Shown: positions 40,885 through 54,333 of the stretch, piece by piece
Layout: every line of letters starts with the position of its first letter
Numbering within the stretch: position 1 is the stretch's first letter
From: Lama guanicoe
Taxonomy: Eukaryota
NCBI GenBank assembly: GCA_013239625.1
Contig: MU053934.1
Span: 5,660,399-5,724,398 of the forward strand
Length of the DNA stretch: 64,000 bases
Direction: 5' to 3'
The notes under the pieces: generated by a model
What the model was told of the DNA's origin: nothing
Database searches by the model: none
What the model saw: only the letters and a program-made list of their open reading frames with translations
Made by a program: the position numbers and the translations under genes

Positions 40885-42028
40885 CTTTAATACAAAAAAG
40901 AAATAAATTAGGTACTGTGAGGGGGAAAAGTCTGCTGTCCAACCCCTTCTCTAACCATGCAAAACCAGAATTGGTTATAAAATAAAAATTGTCAAATAAG
41001 CTAGTTAGAGAACTTATAAGAATGACAAGTTTCAAATGGCAGTACTGGACTAAAGGAGATACCACCATCCCCCACCAAAAACAACTTTCAATTGGATTCT
41101 CAATGATTAAGTACTACTTTTGGTAATGATTTCACGCAGTGTTGCACATCTACTTGGAGAAGGGAAAAAAACCTGAAAAGCAATTCACAGTACTGATATG
41201 CCTGTCCATGCTTATGAAAATTATAAATACATTCTTACTGTTTTTAAAACTCCAAAATGAAAGCACATGGTTAGAGCACTAAGACTACCATGCTTTTGTT
41301 TCCCAGGCTCACTGTTTCCATACTCTCCCCTGCATAACTCAACAACAAATGCAACTGGAGGTCTACAGGTTTGTTTTTGCTGTTTTCTTAAAGACAAAAC
41401 AAAAGGAAATACACACAAATTTCTCTCAACCAATTATGAAGTCATCAAGGAAATATACAAATGTAAAAATTACTTTTGAGGACCATGAATGACAACCCTA
41501 AAAAATTAAGATTACTGCCTAAAAGTATTAAATGACAAAAACTTAGGATGTAATGTTATATAACTATAATACAGTCTTATATCCTTTTCCAACAATGCTG
41601 ATAGTGTCATGAAATAAGTAGATGAAAACTGATAGTGTCAACACAAGAAGCTAATACAGGAAAAAAGGAAAACTAGCAGAAACCTTGAGAACAGTAGCAA
41701 CAATACTGTAGATGAATTTTGGATAATTTTTTCTTTGAAATTTTATATAGTATGATTTACAACTAAAACTAAAAAGTAACTACAGTCAATCTGAAATAGC
41801 TATGAATCCACGACTGAAACAGAAGGAATCATAAAACTTAAAATATCACGGCATACATCCTAAAGTAAACAAACAACACTGGCAAGTTTTGAATTAAGAC
41901 TAGGCAAAGTCTTGATTTTAGGAAACCACAAACAAGAATATAAATTGGAGAAATATAAATTCACTTAATCTGAAGACTAAAAATATTCCCACAAATAAGA
42001 GACAATGAGGGAAGGAAAATTCCCTTTA

Positions 42029-42268
<240 letters not shown>

Positions 42269-42361
42269 CTAGGGAAAAAGGAGCCATAGAAAGATGTCCT
42301 CTCTAAAAGCTGAGTAAGGTCAACACAAATCTATGGTTTTGTTAAAGAATCACTTTCCTTG

Positions 42362-42590
42362 AAACAGACAGACTCACAGATACAGAGAACAGACTTCAGT
42401 GGTTGGCGGGGAGCAACGCAGGGGTCAGGGAGTGGGAGGTACAAACTACTGCGTGTTAAGACAGAATACACAGACTATAAAGATGTCCTGAACAACACAC
42501 AGAATATAGCCAATATTTTGTAATAACTGTAAATGGAGTATAACCTTTAAAAATTGTATTAAAAAATTTAAAGATAAAATTTATGCAAAA
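42362..42590 (+). mobile_element. L1 3'UTR fragment
   Basis: acagactcacagatacagagaacagact...aatatagccaatattttgtaataactgtaaatggagtataacctttaaaaattgt. Confidence 0.7.
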
Positions 42591-43697
42591 ATTTACTTTT
42601 CTTTGTGGAGAGGTTTAATTCAACACATAGTTCTGAACAATGACCTAAGATTTATCTTACAGAAAAAGACCTAACTCGGGGTTTGACGTTAGAAGTGTTA
42701 AAATCTCCATTAATTAACTAGTTCAAGGATGACGAATAAATGTCAAATTGCATGATAAATCTTGCCTGATACCTGCCATAGTAAGGCAGAGACTGGGAAC
42801 ACATATTAGATATTTCCCACACTTTAACTATATTTACGTTTTCCTCATCAATAAAATAAGCGGGCAGGGAGAAGTTAGTCTTAAAGAACTGCTACAAGGA
42901 TCAAGAGAAAATATGTGCACGAGGCACTAGTACATGGTCCCTGCCACATTTATAATCAATTATTTATTCACAGAATAAAATAAATGTAAGCGATTCATAT
43001 TTAACCATTACTTTAGCTTGTTTATGATTATTTTTAAGAACCATGTGTTCTAAGATATCTCACACAATAATCTTGCTGAGTTGGCCCTGTTACAAAAATA
43101 GAAAAGAAAATCAAAATCATCTCATAGATTAAATTCAACAAAATTTCCACTATCTTAAGTCTTTGAGAGTAAATTCTTTGTAATGTAACTTCCCTCAAAG
43201 CTGAAAGATTTACCACTAAAGTAATTTTAACTAACAAATTTTAGATAGAAATTACCTTAAAACAAAATATTCTAGCTTTTGGATTCAGAATTATCATTTT
43301 TAAAAGGCTGACACTTGTTAACTTCCACAGGGCCCTCGTGTTTTATAGTCGCTGTATACACCTACAACGCGTAAGGACAGACCAGACTCAACCATGGGCC
43401 ATAGTTTATAAATTTTCTATTTCTTTCCTTGCTGTAAACTTGATGCCCCCTTTTCCATTTCTAATTTTCTGATTATAATTCTGCAGGCTTCCGAAGTAAT
43501 AGAGCTTGCTGTAACACTGCTTGCGAAATGAAAGCATGAAAACCTAACGAGATTTCCTAAGTTCAGCACAAATTTAAGTGATACAGATTATAACTTCCAA
43601 ATGTTTGTTTCTTTGCATGTTTTACAGATAAGTTACTACTGGAATATGTACTAGAGCCATGGAGTATTACAGTAATGATTCCCCTTTCTGTACTTTA

Positions 43698-43853
<156 letters not shown>

Positions 43854-45918
43854 TTATGTGATGGTGTTTTTCTTCCTTATAAATAAAGGATTGTTACAGA
43901 AAAGGTTTAAGTTAAATTTTGAACTATAAATTTTCATGAACCAACTTAATTACTATGTTCCACTCTATAAAAATTTAGAAGTTTAAATTTCCTCCATGGT
44001 AACTGTGAAACTGATTTTATACTAAAAAAAAAAAAAAAAAAAAAAAGTTTAAAAATTTTAAAAGTTGTTTTAATTCAGAATATCATGAAATTTTAAAAAA
44101 TTACATAGAGTCAACTCATCAAAGACAGGGTTAACACGATGTGTATTCAGTATGCCACCTTCTATATAAGATAGAAAACAGTAACAATACACGTGTGCAC
44201 ATTTTATTACAAAAGGAGAGACAGGATGGATCAGAAACTACAGGTTGGTAAAGACTGGTAAAAATGGAGTAGAGGAGATAACAACAGAAATGAGCATATA
44301 AAACGTGCAATGAAAATCTGAATGGAAAGATGTTTGTCATCGATTTAAAAGATTCTTATAGATCACTATTTGTTAAGTGGGTTCAGGAAGTCATTCTTTG
44401 TATTAAAGTAAAAACCAAGGATCACTCTAAATTTTAAATAGATGTGCCAACTGCTCTTTAAGGATAAAAAGATAACAGTTCATTAAAATTCTGACAAAAA
44501 AAAAAAACAACTCAGGGCACACCTCTTAACTAAGTTTTGACTCTTTAAACAGACAAATGTTTTATATACCCAAATAAGGAAATTAAATCAGAATAGTCAC
44601 AGAATAAAGCAAATCTAAACCCTGAATACAAACAGAACTAAAAAGAGGCTGTTTTATCACAGAGACAACGTAAACCACATGGGAAAAATTAATTCAAGTA
44701 ATTTTAAAACCAGTATTTTGACTGCACTTCCTAACTGAGGGATAAGAACTGCAAAAAAACCCATTAAACTCTACTTAGAGGGTACATTATTTTTAAGGTA
44801 TGATTCTGAAACAATGTTATGTACATAAGTAAATATATTAGGGACCAAGATTTTGACTCTAGGAGAATACTGTCGAAAATACAAAATGCAAGAAAAAACA
44901 TTTTAGTATTGAATTTTAATTTAAACTATCAGTATAAACTCAAAATTTCTAAACTATTTTTCTTAAAATCATTATTTAAAAAATTTTTTCTGACTCTGTT
45001 CATTGAAATGACAGAAGCAATGCTATCCTGGAAGCAATGAATGTATCTAGTGACCAAACTTCAGTTTCTACAAAATAATCTCCACTAAAACAAACCAGTT
45101 TCCTGGAGAAATGGTTTATTTCAAGTCAAAGTACAAGATGAGCTCTTGTACTGGAAGGCAAAGAAATGCTGAAAGACTAATGGGGGGGGGTGGATCTCAA
45201 GACAATCAACAGTAATACAAGAGCTTTTGAATATCCAAAGAGCATTAACAAAAATTTTCAACCTTTTACTTATATTGTTGACGTCTGTCTTCATAATCAA
45301 TAAAGCTATACTTTGAGTCACCTAATATTGCTGTCCCAAGTGTATCCATCTTCATCTCCATTCACATTTGAAGCACAGTATCTTTTCAATCCATGTAAGA
45401 TGTAAATGGCATTGGATATTTCATTCCCAAACCACAAATACTCATCTGTATGTTTTGATTCCAGGTTTGAATACTAATCTGGGTTAAACTCACCTCTGTA
45501 TTTTCCCCCTAATCTGATTTTTCCAGTGACCTTACTGAAGTATTTTGAAGCTAGTGTACTCCTTCCTCTATAATGTATTGTTTAATGTTAAGTTACAAAG
45601 ACAAAGTCTGAAAATAACAGAAAGTTTGTAAAAGTGATATAAAGCCACTCTCTTTCCTTGGAGATAGAACTAAGAAAAATCCTTATTACATTTGGCTACA
45701 TGTGGCCAAAAACTGTTAATAGTGGTAATTCACTGAATGGAAGGAGTGAAAAGAATTTTTCTTTTCCTTTATACTCCTTATGATATTCTCTCAATTCTTC
45801 ATACTGAGCATGCTTTACATTAAAATTAAATCCTTAGACAATTTTTTAAAAAGAAAATATATTAAAACATCAGATTTAAATTTAAAAAGCTGTGAAAAAA
45901 ACTAAGTTCCTTTATTTA

Positions 45919-46065
<147 letters not shown>

Positions 46066-46153
46066 TCAAACAGTAACATTTCTGAGATTGCCACAGAAGC
46101 AATCGTTTAAACAAATCAGCATAAATTAGCTTTTCTGTTTAGTAGAGTTCTCA

Positions 46154-46318
<165 letters not shown>

Positions 46319-47154
46319 TCACATCTCCCTTTTAGTCCAGTAAAAAGACTAGATTCTAAATTAATATACAAAACTGGCTCTTCAAAGCAAATCTTCACCA
46401 CGTCTACACTGTAAATGACTGAAGACAGACAATTTTGAGTAATATAACCCCCTAAAAAATATTAGAATACCATATTCTTCTTTTTTGTAGAATACCACAT
46501 TCTTAGTAGGAGTTTCTAATTAAGATCAAATTAAAGGATAAATCAATTTTATTCTGTTAATTAAATTTTCTTTTATCCATTAAGTTAAAAAGATAAAATT
46601 AAACTTATAAACTTATAAAGGAAAAAATACCTATACTAAATTCAGAGCTGATACAAAAATTCAAGAAAACTAGAACAGATGGGAGACTATAACCCGTATT
46701 TTAAATTCATTTATTGTATTCCATTCTCATAGTTAGCTTCTTGTGTTTATTAGTCCCTTCAGTAAAGTCATTTAAGAAATAAAGATAGCATAGAATTAGA
46801 ACAGTTCTTTGCACAAAGTCTAATTCTTGGACACAGGAAACATGGGGAGACAAGAGAGAATTGTTAAGTAAATGCCACATTTCATTATGAAAAATATATT
46901 TACCCAATTAACTAATGTGTTAAGGACCTTAAAAGAACTCATGAAACAACCCAGAAAAATGGTTTTTACTACAGTAGTTACTACTACAGATAACTACTAG
47001 AAGTTTTTACACTTGGATGTCTAACAAGCAACTCTTACCAAGTAACACCTACCATGTTCAAAACTGGACTCTTTAATTCCTACCCCATCTGCAAATTCGT
47101 TCCCTAATCCTACATTCCCAACTAAATAAATAGCTCCTCCATTCAGTCTAGCTT

Positions 47155-47340
47155 AGAGGTCAATAAACTTTTTCTAGAAAGGATCATTTAGTAATTATTG
47201 TAGCCTTTGCAGACTGTAACAATCGTAACTATTCAGCTCTGCTATTTTAATGGGAAAGTAGCCGTAGACAAGACGTAAATGAACAGATGTGGCTATGTTA
47301 AAATTTTTACAAAAAATACAGACTGTAGTTTGGAACTCCT
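47155..47340. mobile_element. MER58-like hAT MITE
   Basis: agaggtcaataaactttttctagaaagg...aactattcagctctgc...gtagtttggaactcct. Confidence 0.65.
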
Positions 47341-48072
47341 AATCTACCTCAAACCCAAAACTTTGGGGTCATTCTTGATTCCCCAATATGAAACCTAAAT
47401 CCTTTCATCTCTACTTTCAAAGTGTATCCAATCACTCCTCACCTTATCACCTAGCCCCAAGGTTTCCACACAGTGCACCAGAGACACAGGCAGTTTGTCC
47501 AGCACTGAACCAACTACTGCCTTGATGTAGTTCACAGTATCAACATTAGATCACTACATTCCTTTTGATGATATCTTTGGAAAAAAACTGTGTTTTTAAG
47601 TAGTTGCTAGGATAAAAAGCAAGAAATGTACAAAAACAGGTGTGGAGTAGGCAATGAGGGTGGCAGTCTCCAATCTAAGATCTGAGAAGCTGTCTAATGC
47701 CCAATATATATCCACAGCTTACTAGAAAATAAATACAGTTATTTAGAAATTAAATGTTTTCTTTCAATTTATGTGTATTATTTTCTTCAAACAATCACTA
47801 ACTCGTTAGGACATAGGTACTTATTAAATTGTTTGAAACTAACTACATTAGAAAGTAAAACTTACGTATTTCTTTTGGCCTAGGAGTGCTATGAAAAAGT
47901 AAAAATGGCAAGAACGCTATAAATAGAGGAAGTTTGAGAACCTTTGGCCATTGCAAGCCATCATTAGCCACCCGGACAAAATAAAGCTCAATTTCTTCCC
48001 TCCCTCCGTGGAGCCATGAAAATACACCTTAGATTTGTTGCTGTGAGCACACCTGGTTGAAAACCCCATCTT

Positions 48073-48196
48073 CAGTGGTAGAAGTGCATGCTCAGCATGC
48101 ATAAGTCCTGGGTTCATTCCCCAGTCCCTCCATTAAAAATAAATAAATAAACCAAATTACCACCCCCCCGCCACAAAAAATTTAAAAAAACAAACA
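48073..48196 (+). mobile_element. tRNA-derived SINE (camelid Vic-1-like), 5'-truncated
   Basis: cagtggtagaagtgcatgctcagcatgc...cctgggttcattcccc + A-rich tail; near-perfect TSD aaaacccc(cc)atctt at 48060-48072 and 48197-48211. Confidence 0.85.
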
Positions 48197-48529
48197 AAAA
48201 CCCCCCATCTTTTAGGCTCAAGGCTATACTCCGTAAGCTGCTCCCAGCTAATGACTGAATACAGTAAGGACACAGGGGCAGGCCAATTCTTGTGAGACCC
48301 GCAACTCCTCTAACGGGCAACTTGGCTTGCCAAGACCTTTTAAGAAACATACCTACAGTTGACAATTTCCGTGACAAAACCTTTCATCTCTCCTACATAG
48401 GGGTAATACCAAGGTTACCAAGGTGATAGTCTGTTTTCCCAGATGCTCCGCTCATCTTCCTTCACAGGTATTTTCACCTCTGGCATATCAACTGTTGTCT
48501 TGGCTTCTACATCTCTCATAAACTAACAT

Positions 48530-49175
48530 AGTCTTATTTGCCCCCTACAATCTGATCTGCATGAAGTAGCAAGAATAATCCTTTTCAAAAGTAACTCTCC
48601 TAGTCAAAAAACCCCTCAGTGGCTTCTCATCATCCTTAAGGATAAAATCTTAAGTACTCAGCATGATCTACAAAGTTCTTTGGTGATCTACCAACCGCTG
48701 TCAACCACCTGTCCTCCTCAGCACTTTTCCAGCAGCCATCTCCCACTGCCAGGCACTTCTCTGACCTCAGCTCTACCTCTCTTCCCCCTTTGCTCAGCAC
48801 ACTCCAAACACACTGGCCTTTCTGCTTTCCCTTGGACATGTCATCACCCCCACGCTCTCCCAAATAGCCTCTGCACTTGTTCTCCCCTCTGTCTCAAAAG
48901 CTCTTCTTCACATGGCTTGCTCCCTTTACTTCTTGAGCTGCTTTCTTGATCACCTACATAAAATACAGCTTCCAACACTGACTACTCCTTTACTCAGCTC
49001 TACTTCTCTTCACAATTACCATTTAACTTCACATTATAAACTTGCTTATTTTTGTTCCCCAGTAATATGAGTCCATGGGGTAAAGAACTTGGTCTGTTTT
49101 GTTTACCACTGTAGATCTAGCAGCTAAAAACTGCCTGGAAAATGGTAAGCCTTTGATAAATATTTGTTAAATAAA
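48530..49175 (+). mobile_element. L2 3' fragment
   Basis: Ends ...tgcctggaaaatggtaagcctttgataaatatttgttaaataaat. Confidence 0.7.
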
Positions 49176-49745
49176 TATATTAAACTAAGAAAGTATGATA
49201 AAAATACCACAAATAATGTGACAGCTGAAAATACTAAGGTCTTAATAAGAACACTACCAGTATCTTAATAATAGTGCTGGGTACTATCCCAGGCACATTA
49301 CACATGTTTACTCATTTATTCCTTGTGACACTATTAGATAGGTACTATTATCCTTATTTTACAAAGGAGGAAACAAAAACAGAGGCAAAGAGAGTAACTT
49401 CTCTACGTTTACCTAGCTAGTAAGTACCAGAGCTGGGATTCAAATCCAGAAACTAGGGCTCCATTAAGTCCAGGGTTTAACTATATTCCTGCTTCTCCAA
49501 CCCAAAGTGGGACCTGAACCTACAATCTCTAGTTCAGAATACTAGTGTTTTATTCCTTTAGGATATACTATAAAATTGCATTTCTCCTAAAATTAGAACT
49601 GGGCTATATTTAGATATAAACAAAACTTGGAAAAAAATAAGAAAAAATAAGAATGTGACCCATTAGGTGGAGGCTACCTCATTTCCATTTTGTTAATTGT
49701 TGTTTAGGCAATATATAAGTAAGTAAATTTTTAAAAATATGAGAC

Positions 49746-49880
49746 TGGGAGGAGGGTATAGCTCAGGGGTAGAAGTGCATGCTTAGCATGCACAAGGTCG
49801 TGGGTTCAATCTCCATTAAAAAATAAATAAATAAAATAAACCTGATTACTCCCCCCAAAAAATAAATTAAAACTTTTTTT
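49746..49880 (+). mobile_element. tRNA-derived SINE (camelid Vic-1-like), full length
   Basis: gggtatagctcaggggtagaag (A box) ... gggttcaatc (B box), A-rich tail; atgagac repeated on both flanks (TSD core). Confidence 0.88.
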
Positions 49881-50116
49881 ATAAAATGAGACAATATGCC
49901 AAAATAAGTGACAGAAATAATGAGTTGACAGTATGGCACAGTGAGATCTTGGACAAGTCAAACCCCTCTAGCCCTCAGGTTACTCATTAATCTGTAAAAC
50001 GGGAACAGTATGCAATTTTAAAACAATAATGCACATTAAAATATAATGAAAACCATACTTTAAAAAAAGGGAAAAAAAAGAGGAACTGAATAGAGATCAT
50101 AATATGTATCACTCAC

Positions 50117-50183
50117 CTTCATTTAGGGCATCAATGGCAGCCACTTTTTTATCATTTGCCTGATCCATCATCTCTTCGGTTAC
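50117..50183 (-). CDS. ST13: ST13 exon 5
   Basis: 67 nt, VTEEMMDQANDKKVAAIDALNE; AG 50184-50185, GT 50115-50116. Confidence 0.98.
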
Positions 50184-50506
50184 CTAGGGCGAAATTGAAG
50201 ATCACCTTAGAACTAGCAGAAAAGCAAACAGGAGGAGGAAGCAATTCGGACTTTCGTAGGAATGTGGTAGTCACAACCCACCTTTCCATTCATTCTTCTT
50301 TAGTCGTCAGGGAGCAAAGAGGACAATTATGATAAATGGTAAGTAAAGAAATTACACAGGACGTACTTTAATCTTTCACACCGAACAATAAATTCACTCC
50401 CTACACTCTGACTTTTTTTACACTACGACTTCTGCTTCCCTCCATCCCGATCTGAGAGGCTGTTTTGCCCTAGTTTTACCAACTCCTTTCTAGTTACTCG
50501 TAAGTG

Positions 50507-50897
50507 CAGGCATATGTTGTTTTACTGTACTTTGCAGACACTATTGCACCTGTCACAAACTGAAGGTCACCCTACAATGAGTGAGTCTATTGGTGCCATT
50601 CTTCCAACATTTGCTCACTTCGTGACATTGTATCACATTTTGGTAATTTCAAAGTTCTTCATTATTATATTTGTTATGGTGATCTGTGATCAGTGATGTT
50701 ACTCCTATGACTTGCTAAAGGCTCCTATGGTTAGCACTTTTTTTTTTAGCAATGAAGTATTTTTAAATTAAGGTAAGGTTTTTTTTTTTTAAACATAATA
50801 CTATTGCACACTTAATAAACTACAGTATAGGGTTGACATAACTTTTACTGTGGTAGTCTGGAACCTTACTGGCTATGAGATCTCGGAGGAATGCCTG
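50507..50897 (+). mobile_element. Tigger1-derived internally deleted element (TcMar-Tigger)
   Basis: Terminal inverted caggcat...atgcctg followed by TA; ends resemble recalled Tigger1 termini. Confidence 0.8.
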
Positions 50898-51139
50898 TAC
50901 TAAAACCCAGTCTCCTTGCAATTGAAACAGCCGGTTTCTAAGAAGTTTGAATCTTCAGAAGACAAATGTCTCATTCTTTTGTTCCAATAAAGATCTACTG
51001 AACACCTACACTAGACAGAACAAACACCGTACAAGATGCTGACCGTACGATTGTTAGCTAACACAAATCTGTAGCAAACATCCTATAAAGAAGCAGTTTC
51101 TTTAAAAAAAAAAAATCTCCATCTCCATCACTGTGTAAA

Positions 51140-53640
51140 AATATCACTGAAAGAACTGGCTGGTTCATTAAGGAAATGATTTGATAGGTTTAAGAATTGG
51201 AAGGAAAGTACTAAACTGTCTTTATTTATATTTACCTAGAAAACGCAATGGAACTGACAAGGTATTAGACCTACTAAGACAATTCAATAAAGTTCTCAGA
51301 TACAAGAGTAACATAAAAAACAAACCCAGAGTTCCTCCACATCAGTGAAAATCAACTATAAAATATAACAGAACAAGATACCTTTCTAAGACCACACAAG
51401 ACTTTCATGGGGTTGGGAGACACAGATACGCATCATATCATGTTCACGAAACAACTGACTGTATCAATTACCCCCAAGTTACTCAATAAATTCAAAGCAA
51501 TTCCTGCAAGTTTTGGACAAACTAAAAAAACTTTTTAAAAGAACATAGGAAAATACACTTCTTCAGACAGTAAGACATCCTACAGAGCCAAGATAATTTT
51601 TAAAAAGGTAACTTCAGTTTATGACAATATGGTGGACATGATACACTGAACAAACCTAAAAAATACCTTTTAAAGGCTATCTTTCACCCAAGAATGTAGA
51701 AATCTTTGAAGAACAAGATTACGTGAAGGCCTGAAATCCAGGGAGGCGCCATGTGCTCCATCTGCCTTCACCCTCATGGAAGGTGTCAAACCTGGTGACC
51801 CCTCAACTCTGTTTTTGAAGATAGTGTAGGACACATGAAACAAAGTCTAGATTTAGGTGAAACGAATTTAAATTGTCTAATCAGACGTCCTCCAAAACAA
51901 AGCTGGAACCCCAAATGCCTGTATCTGCAAGCATAATGGTAAACAAAAATAAACCTGCTCAAAAAAAGGGACAGCCATAGAAAGGAGAAAAAAGAAATCT
52001 CTCCTGAAAATTCATAAGCAGATGCCAGACTTTCCAGTGGAGTTCACATTACTTGTTTAGTTAAACAAGCAACCAAAAAACTATGCTGAGAATTTAAAGT
52101 GGTCCTTGAGTTGGGAGCACCAACTCAAAGTCCTGATGGAAGCAAACAATCTGTCTTTGGAGGAACAACCTTCTATTCAGGCCTCAAAAACTTCCCACAG
52201 GTAAAGTTTACAAGAACTCATAGTCAAAATATCAACAAACACACACACTCTCACACTACCCACGAATAAATATAGTATCTCAATGACCAAGAGTCAGAAA
52301 AAATAACAGAAGAGTAAGACCAGCAAGAGAGTTTGATAAAGAGTTTAATGTGTTTAAGGGAATAAAGACAAGTTCTGAAAAGGAGTAGGGAGCAAGAGAT
52401 TTATAAATAACTAAGTAGTCTTTAAAAAGAACCCAAGGGGAAGTATCAAAATGAAAAACAAGCATTCAAATTCAAAAATAAATGGGACAGCCAATTAGAC
52501 AAAGCAAGCATACAAAGTTCAGAGGAATGATTAAGAGATGGAACTCAGCAGAGAAAAAGTCTAAAATATACCTAACTAGGGCTCCAGAATGACAGTACAG
52601 GCCATTTTTGAAAGAGATACTAGTTGAAAATGTTCCAGAGCTTTAAGAAAGTTAACCACCATAAGATTTAAGATGCCCAATAAATCCTAAGTAGGATAAA
52701 TAAAAAGTGCTATGAACCTAGACACGCTGAGGTGACACAGCACCACCGACACAGAACACAGTTTAAAAAATTTTATTTTACAAATAGTCACAAAAAGTAT
52801 TTATATCTGTTCTTAACAAAGATGTACATCTTTAGGGAGAACATGTTGTTAAGTTTTCAAAGACGGTGAGGAGATGCAGCTTCCCTTTGGTTGATTTAGA
52901 TTTAATGTAATTCTAATGGGGTGCGAGAGGGACTGGACAATCTGAATCTAAAATGCGCACGGATGAACCAAGGGCCAATAACAACCAAAAACACTTCTGA
53001 AGGATTGGTTGGGGGGGGGGTCCTTGCCCTACCAGGTAACAAGCCTCAGTATAAAGCTTTGTACAAATGTGTCATTAGTGCACAGAATGTTAAGAGGACA
53101 CCACAACAGACCCACCCACTGTTTGGCACTGGTGAGGAAAGGGATTTTTCAATACTGGTGCTGATGGGTAAAGATGAAAGGTGAACATAAAATTCTTAGA
53201 AGAAAAAAACAATCTATTTACAGCAATTATAACCTTGAGGTAATAAAGCATATAAAAGAATTATCAATTTAACTGCATTAAAAATTTTTGTTTATAAAGG
53301 CAATGCAAAGGAAGTAAAGACAAATCACAAACTAGCAGAAAATACGTGGGGCAGACAGATGACAAACTGTTAGTACACGGGATATAAAATGAACTGCACG
53401 TCTGCATGAAAGAGACAAACAACCCAGGAGAAAAAAATAGGAAAAGTCAGACCAGAACTTCACAAATATCTGTGAATAACGAATAAACATTACAATATGT
53501 CAACTTTATTACAAATCAGGAAATGCATATTAAAAGCGACGAGAACATAACATTTCACACAGCTAAGTCTGGCAAAGATGATACATGACAATATCAAGTG
53601 TTGCTAAGAATCTAGATCAATCTTTTAAGCTGTAATTAGT
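51140..53640 (+). mobile_element. Highly decayed L1 (L1ME-like) fragments
   Basis: A-rich with L1 ORF1/ORF2-like motifs; boundaries approximate. Confidence 0.55.
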
Positions 53641-54231
53641 ATGTTACAGTGTTTCTCAAGCTCTGTTTTATTATCAACCCCCAAAGAATCTCTTTAGACT
53701 TTTCCCCTTGCCTCTCACTCCTTCCATTTTAACACCACAGACGCACTGCGTACACGTTAATGTGCTACAACCCCTGGAGTACCACCACCAATTGTAAACA
53801 GCTACGTTTTCCCAATTCCCCCTACCAAAAACCAATTCTAACCACCTTGAGAGCAATTTTGTGCCTGACAAAACCATTTTAGAAAACAATTTGGCATTTG
53901 ATATTCCACTAACAGGCAACTCTACTTGTAGAAATAAATATATGGTAGATGAACTCCATAGTCTCAAGAACAGTCCAACCAGTCGCAAATTTAAAGAGCA
54001 GGCAAACAGAAAATAACAGGTATTTCAGAAACTGTTGAGAGTGTGATTAAAAATAACGGGAATTTTCACAAATATTTTAAGTAGTGAAATAGAATGCTTT
54101 CCTAAATGCCTTAAGTCAGAGAAAGATTTAATATGTGCTTTTCCTGGAAGAATTATATCATAAAATAACTGCAATAGGTAGGCTTTCATATTCCTTACAA
54201 TAAGCACAAAAAAATAAGCCTTTGAACTTAC

Positions 54232-54302
54232 CTCTACATTTTCATCACCCATTTCTTGAGGGGCATCAGTGTCTGGTTCAATCACACCTTCATTGTCAAT
54301 TT
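54232..54302 (-). CDS. ST13: ST13 exon 4
   Basis: 71 nt, (E)[25 protein letters not shown] 54303-54304, GT 54230-54231. Confidence 0.98.
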
Positions 54303-54333
54303 CTGTCAAAGTTAAGAAAAATGACAATAAGAC

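Noticed and set aside
40879..40889. NAGNAG (AAG GAG) tandem acceptor at ST13 exon 10
   Set aside because: GAG is a poor acceptor and would only remove one Glu
41598..41640. Repeated ctgatagtgtca as box C/D snoRNA signals
   Set aside because: No proper RUGAUGA box C/terminal stem arrangement; it is a short local direct repeat
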